From: an uncultured Chloroflexia bacterium | GTDB lineage: Bacteria > Chloroflexota > Anaerolineae > CG2-30-64-16 | NCBI GenBank assembly: GCA_963774265.1 | Contig: CAVZDU010000007.1 | Location: 32,001-96,000 of the forward strand | DNA: 64,000 nucleotides | Direction of reading: 5' to 3' | In this document: positions 59,961 to 64,000 of the stretch, piece after piece | How positions within the stretch are numbered: position 1 is the first letter of the stretch | Layout: every line of letters starts with the position of its first letter | Notes under the pieces: generated by a model | What the model saw: only the letters and a program-made list of their open reading frames with translations | Database searches by the model: none | What the model was told of the DNA's origin: nothing | Translations under genes and position numbers: made by a program

Positions 59961-60521
59961 ATGTCCAAACTGATCTACTTTACGCCTACGTCGCTGGATG
60001 GCTTTATCGCGGGTGAAACGGACAGCATGGATTGGGCGGTGCCGAACGAGGAGGTATCCGCTTTCATCAACGATCGGACTCGCCCCGTCGGCACATATCT
60101 CTATGGACGCAAGATATATGAGACGATGAAGGTTTGGGACACGCCAGATGTCATTCCCGGTCTGACGCCGGACATGATGGACTTCGCGCGGATCTGGCAA
60201 GCGGCCGATAAGATCGTCTATTCCAAATCGCTGGAGACCGTCTCTACACCGAAGACACGTCTTGAGCGGGAATTCGAACCGCAGGCGATTCGCGACCTGA
60301 AGGCTCAATTGCCTCACGATATTTCGGTGGATGGCACGAACCTAGCCGCACAGGCGATCCGGGCCGGGCTTGTCGACGAGTATGAACTGCTCGTCGTACC
60401 TGTTATGCTTGGCGGCGGCAAGCGGGTTCTGCCCAGCAACGTAGGCGTCAAGCTGGATCTCTTGGACGAGCGCCGTGTTGGTAATGGATGGGTCTATCTT
60501 CGCTATCGCACGCGGGTCTGA
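59961..60521 (+). CDS. Dihydrofolate reductase / RibD C-terminal family protein
   Basis: SLDGFI, LYGRKIYE, GLVDEY..PVMLGGG. Confidence 0.9.
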   Translation: MSKLIYFTPTSLDGFIAGETDSMDWAVPNEEVSAFINDRTRPVGTYLYGRKIYETMKVWDTPDVIPGLTPDMMDFARIWQAADKIVYSKSLETVSTPKTRLEREFEPQAIRDLKAQLPHDISVDGTNLAAQAIRAGLVDEYELLVVPVMLGGGKRVLPSNVGVKLDLLDERRVGNGWVYLRYRTRV

Positions 60522-60585
60522 TGGAGGCAGCGGTCAAAGAGGGTATTCGGTGCTAATGTGTTATGGGTCGCGTGGGGAGCGGAAT

Positions 60586-60614
60586 TTGACTTGTGGCCGC
60601 TTGGAGGGTATCCT
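60586..60614 (+). promoter_or_regulatory. Sigma70 promoter upstream of tRNA-Gly
   Basis: TTGACT-N17-TATCCT. Confidence 0.65.
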
Positions 60615-60665
60615 TTAGAGAGTCTGCTCTTCGTGTTCTTAACAATTCCGATCAGCCGTCCAGAC

Positions 60666-60710
60666 TACGATATGTAGGGGTTGATGGGACTGGGGACACT
60701 AGATATTGTG
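60666..60710 (+). promoter_or_regulatory. Tandem NrdR-box-like operators
   Basis: TACGATATGTAGGG (60666) and CACTAGATATTGTG (60697), 31 bp apart; consensus CACWATATATWGTG. Confidence 0.6.
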
Positions 60711-60720
60711 TCAAAAAGAT

Positions 60721-60792
60721 GCGGGTGTAGCTCAGGGGTAGAGCGTCTGCCTTCCAAGCAGAATGTCACGGGTTCGAATCCCGTTACCCGCT
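60721..60792 (+). tRNA. tRNA-Gly (TCC)
   Basis: GCGGGTG/TACCCGC acceptor stem, TCTGC-CTTCCAA-GCAGA anticodon arm, GGTTCGAATCC T arm. Confidence 0.95.
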
Positions 60793-60919
60793 TTGCATCT
60801 TATGCGTCCTCCCGTTCATCCCATTCCACAGCGAACGCCCCAGGATGCGCGCTGAGATAGCCGTAACGTTCGAGCCGATGGCGTCTCCATACCATTTCGT
60901 TTGACGGTGTTTTGACAGG

Positions 60920-61438
60920 TTACGGAACTGGCTCCGGCGCGGCCAGCAGCCCGGCGAGCGCCGCGCTGTGCCGGAGCATGTAGCGCTCGCGAAAGTCGTC
61001 GTACTCCTCCGCGGTCATCTCATCCCCCCGCACGATCTTCCAGTTTGGCAGTGGACCTTCGGGCAGCGGCGTCCGGTCTTTTGGGCCCGCGATCTCCAGC
61101 CGTGCGCCCATTTGGCGCAGCACGTACAGCATGCCGAACAGGGCATGCGCCGTGTCCCGCGGATAGGCCGCCTCCAACAGCAGCATCCAGCGGCTGCCGT
61201 CGCCCTTCAGATCGGGCCGCGGGTCGGTCCAGGGCGGGTCCGGGTCGGGCCGGATGTGCACGGTGAACTTGCCGGCCAGGTAGTCGAGCAGGCCCGACTT
61301 CTGCGCTGCGATGGTCGCGGCCAGCTCCGGCGTATGGGCGCTCTCCGCCGCGTTAATCTCCAGGCGGCCGCCGTCCGCGCTGATGACCACGCCCAGATCG
61401 CACAGCACGGCCAGCAGGACCCCCAGATCCTCGATCAT
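60920..61438 (-). CDS. Hypothetical protein with TubC-N-like N-terminal domain
   Basis: LLAVLCDLGVVISADGGRLEINA..PELAATIAAQKSGLL. Confidence 0.65.
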   Translation of the reverse strand: MIEDLGVLLAVLCDLGVVISADGGRLEINAAESAHTPELAATIAAQKSGLLDYLAGKFTVHIRPDPDPPWTDPRPDLKGDGSRWMLLLEAAYPRDTAHALFGMLYVLRQMGARLEIAGPKDRTPLPEGPLPNWKIVRGDEMTAEEYDDFRERYMLRHSAALAGLLAAPEPVP

Positions 61439-63559
61439 ACGTAGAACACCACCCTCTTCTCCGTAGGCGAGTCCGTCAGTCCGTCACTCATTTCGGGGGG
61501 GATAACCAACAAATATTTTTTTCTCAAGTCATGGGGGCTCGGCAGGACGTTCGTCTCCGCGGGCATGGGTTCGCCGGTCACCAGCCGCGTCGTCTTCCCG
61601 TAGTGCTTCTTCCTGCCCTGTGGATCGCCCTTTTCGTTGGCCAGGTCGATCAGGTACTCCGCGTCCAGCGCGACGCGGACGCGGCGCCTGGCCGCGGAGT
61701 CGTCGATGCCCAGGCGGCCGGCCAGCTCCTGGATCGAGACGGCCTTTTCGGTCTCCCCGTAGATCTCGGCCACTGCGTCGACGGCCGCGCGCACCGCGGG
61801 CGACACGCTCGCCTTGACGCCCTCGTTAACCGTTCCGATCGCCAGGTCATAGACGGCCGCGTAGTCGTCCAGAGTCGCAATGATGCTGCCGTGCTCGTTG
61901 CGCTCGCGCGTCGCCTGGTGCAGGATGGCATGGCTGCGGACCAGGCTCAGCACCGCGCTCGAAGTCGCGGCGGATGCGCACCGCGCGCGGGTCGCTCAGG
62001 CTGGCCAGCTCGGCCGCATAAGGGATCGTGACCTCATGGCAGCCGGCGATGGCCAGCCACGTCTGCAGCGCGTGCCAGGGCGCCAGGTCCACAGTCTGCG
62101 GCTCGCGGCCGCTGGCCCGGTCTGCCAGGGTCCGCAGGATGCCTGCGGTCTGCACGCGGTCGTCGCGGACCGTCAGCGACAGCATCCGGGTCTCGTTCTC
62201 CGGGTGGATCGCGTTCCAGGTCGTCGTGAGCAGCAGGCCAGTGGGTCCGGCCCGCTCTATGAGCTTCGGCTTCAGGCCGTCGTTGGTCTTTTCGACCGTC
62301 AGGTAGCGCAGGCACGCCTCGGACAGCAGGCTGCGCAGCAGGTAGGTCGCCAGCTCGCCGCCCACGCCCGCGGCTTCGTAGATGACCAGGAAGCGGTGGG
62401 CCAGCGGCTCCTCATCGTAGGCCAGCGCGCGCTCGCTCATGCTGGACAGCGTATAGTAGGCATCCGGCGGAAAGCACTTCAGCACGGTCTCGACCGTGAA
62501 GCTCTTGCCGCCCGAAGAAGGCCCCTTCACCGCGACGCTGACCGGGCGCTCCAGAAAGCGCGAGACCAGGGCCAGGTAGAGCAGCTTGGCGTTGTGCTCC
62601 TCACCCACCAGGCCCAGGCGCCCGCACAGGGCGCCGAACTCGTCCAGGATGGACGGCGCCTTCAGCAGACCACCGGCAGCGCGCGCGGCGCCCCTGGCGG
62701 TCTCGTCCAACGTCTCGGCTCGCAGCTCCGCGTAGGGTTGGCTGGTGGCCTTCAGGCGGGCGATCAGCGCGGGCACATGCTCGCCGGCGATGTGCGCGGC
62801 CGAGATGTCCTTATAGGCCGCGGGCGCCGCGATCACGCGCAGGTGAGGGACATCCGCGCCGATCCTGGCGATGAATTTCGCGCCGGCCTCGTCGGGCTCC
62901 TGCCAGGCATAGACGGTGCGGCCCGCGATGTGCTGCGCCCATTCCCCACGCCAGTTCGCCGCGCCCGGCACGCCCAGGGCCGGGATGCCGTGATAGACGA
63001 GCGTCTGCGTGTCGCTTTCGCCTTCGACCAGCAGCACGTCCTCCGCGTCCTTGTCCAGCCGCCAGAGGCCGTACAGGTTCAGCTTGCTGCCGGCCGCCAT
63101 GCGAAACTTGTCCCGGCCGTCGAGTGCGATGCGAAGCCTGACGCACAGCTCCGCGCCCTCCTTGTCCAGGTAGGGCATGCGCAGGCTGGAGGTCTGATTA
63201 TGCTTGCGCTCGCTGACGTTGAAGACGGTCCGGAGGAACTCCTCCGGCAGGTGCTTCGCCGCCGCGTACGCGGCCAGGGAAATATTTTTATCTGCTATCC
63301 CCCCCGAAACGAGTGACGGACTGACGGACTTCAGGTCGACCTCGAGGCGCCGGGCCAGCTGGACCAGCCCGCCCTTTGCCTGGCAGCTGAAGCACATGTA
63401 GCCGTGTTCCGACACCGTGAAGCTGCCGGTATGCGAGTCCGCGTGAAAGGGGCACAGCGGCCAGTATTCGCCCTTGCGGTCCGGCCACCTGGCAGGCGGC
63501 GCGTCGCCGCGGTCCAGGCGGGGCAGGATGGCGTCAAGTGCGGCTTTGGCATCAAACAT
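61435..63559 (-). CDS. Primase-helicase (CHC2 Zn finger + TOPRIM + P-loop ATPase + winged helix); frameshift near 61958
   Basis: CPFH..CFSC, LVEGESD, ALGVPGA, GPSSGGKS, RIRRDF continuing as LSLVRSHAILHQ. Confidence 0.85.
61470..61504. repeat. 35-bp inverted repeat, copy 1 (3' end of primase gene)
   Basis: AGTCCGTCAGTCCGTCACTCATTTCGGGGGGGATA. Confidence 0.9.
63296..63330. repeat. 35-bp inverted repeat, copy 2 (after primase Zn finger)
   Basis: Reverse complement AGTCCGTCAGTCCGTCACTCGTTTCGGGGGGGATA; 34/35 identical to copy 1. Confidence 0.9.
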
Positions 63560-63595
63560 GATCGACTCCTTTGCTATGTTCAGGCGCCGGCCGCG

Positions 63596-63958
63596 TCACC
63601 GCGGCAGCACCTCCTGGGCTCTGTGCCACCATCCCCCGTCATCATTGATGCCGGTCAGCACCACGATCCGGACGAGCCGGCCGGCGAGCTCCTCGCTGTC
63701 GAAGTCCCAGTTGTTGGGGATCGCCCAACCGCCGAGCGCGGCCTGGGTCCAGCGGTACAGTTTGGTCCTGGGGGAGAAACGGCAGTTCGTCCGTCCGCTG
63801 ACGCTGCGGCCCTTGTGCTCGCCCGTCTGGATCGTGAACCTGAAGCGGAGCTGCTCGCTGAACTGCCCGGGCACCTGCTCGATGCTCTCGATGCTTGCCA
63901 CATACTCGCCCGCCGGCATGCGTTCGATAACCGCGGTCTGCTTGATCCGGATGCCCAT
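63596..63958 (-). CDS. Hypothetical phage-type protein (DUF669/ssDNA-binding-like)
   Basis: MPAGEYVASIESIE..LRFRFTI..GEHKGR..LAGR pattern; AAGGAAGG SD. Confidence 0.6.
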   Translation of the reverse strand: MGIRIKQTAVIERMPAGEYVASIESIEQVPGQFSEQLRFRFTIQTGEHKGRSVSGRTNCRFSPRTKLYRWTQAALGGWAIPNNWDFDSEELAGRLVRIVVLTGINDDGGWWHRAQEVLPR

Positions 63959-64000
63959 CGTTGCCTTCCTTTCCTCCCGCGTCTGCCGTGATCGATACAA

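Larger units (their letters stand above)
60793..64000 (-). mobile_element. Edge of an integrated element (phage satellite/IME-like) at the tRNA-Gly 3' end
   Basis: Primase-helicase module directly after the tRNA; tandem TTTGAC repeats at 60899-60920 resembling integrase arm sites; integrase not in window. Confidence 0.7.

Noticed and set aside
56884-60720. Integrase-type island with att repeat at tRNA-Pro
   Set aside because: No duplicate of the tRNA-Pro 3' end and no intact integrase seen in this interval.
228-61960. Frameshifted genes as true pseudogenes or programmed frameshifts
   Set aside because: They include conserved housekeeping genes (guaA, recG, fakA), both halves are undegraded and no slippery motifs are evident; sequencing indels are more likely.
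61880-63316. Long plus-strand ORF (478 aa) and similar antisense ORFs elsewhere
   Set aside because: Shadow ORFs of GC-rich genes on the opposite strand with no recognisable motifs.

Overview
GC-rich bacterial chromosomal window, most likely Chloroflexota (Anaerolineae/Caldilineae-like; inferred from gene content and 'YLPxI'-type motifs in secreted proteins). It is mostly housekeeping genes: tat/nusB/fab/rpmF/coaD/recG/fak/rpmB/rpe, proC, xpt-guaA, an ABC exporter pair, cysK-cysE, a surface-glycan cluster, suhB-ttcA-PHP and an RNase/barstar pair. About nine single-base frameshifts look like long-read errors. Accessory features are (i) an IS481-like element nested inside an IS256/Mutator-like element, both with ends and target duplications readable; (ii) a diverged duplicate of the cysE 3' end bracketing two secreted-protein genes; (iii) a decayed integron (one attC plus an intI N-terminal stub) after tRNA-Pro; and (iv) the edge of an integrated primase-helicase element at tRNA-Gly, whose primase gene carries a 35-bp internal inverted repeat pair. 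The best regulatory candidates are an unannotated Cys-containing leader peptide/attenuator upstream of cysK-cysE and tandem NrdR-like boxes in front of tRNA-Gly. All calls come from reading the sequence by eye; no searches were run.
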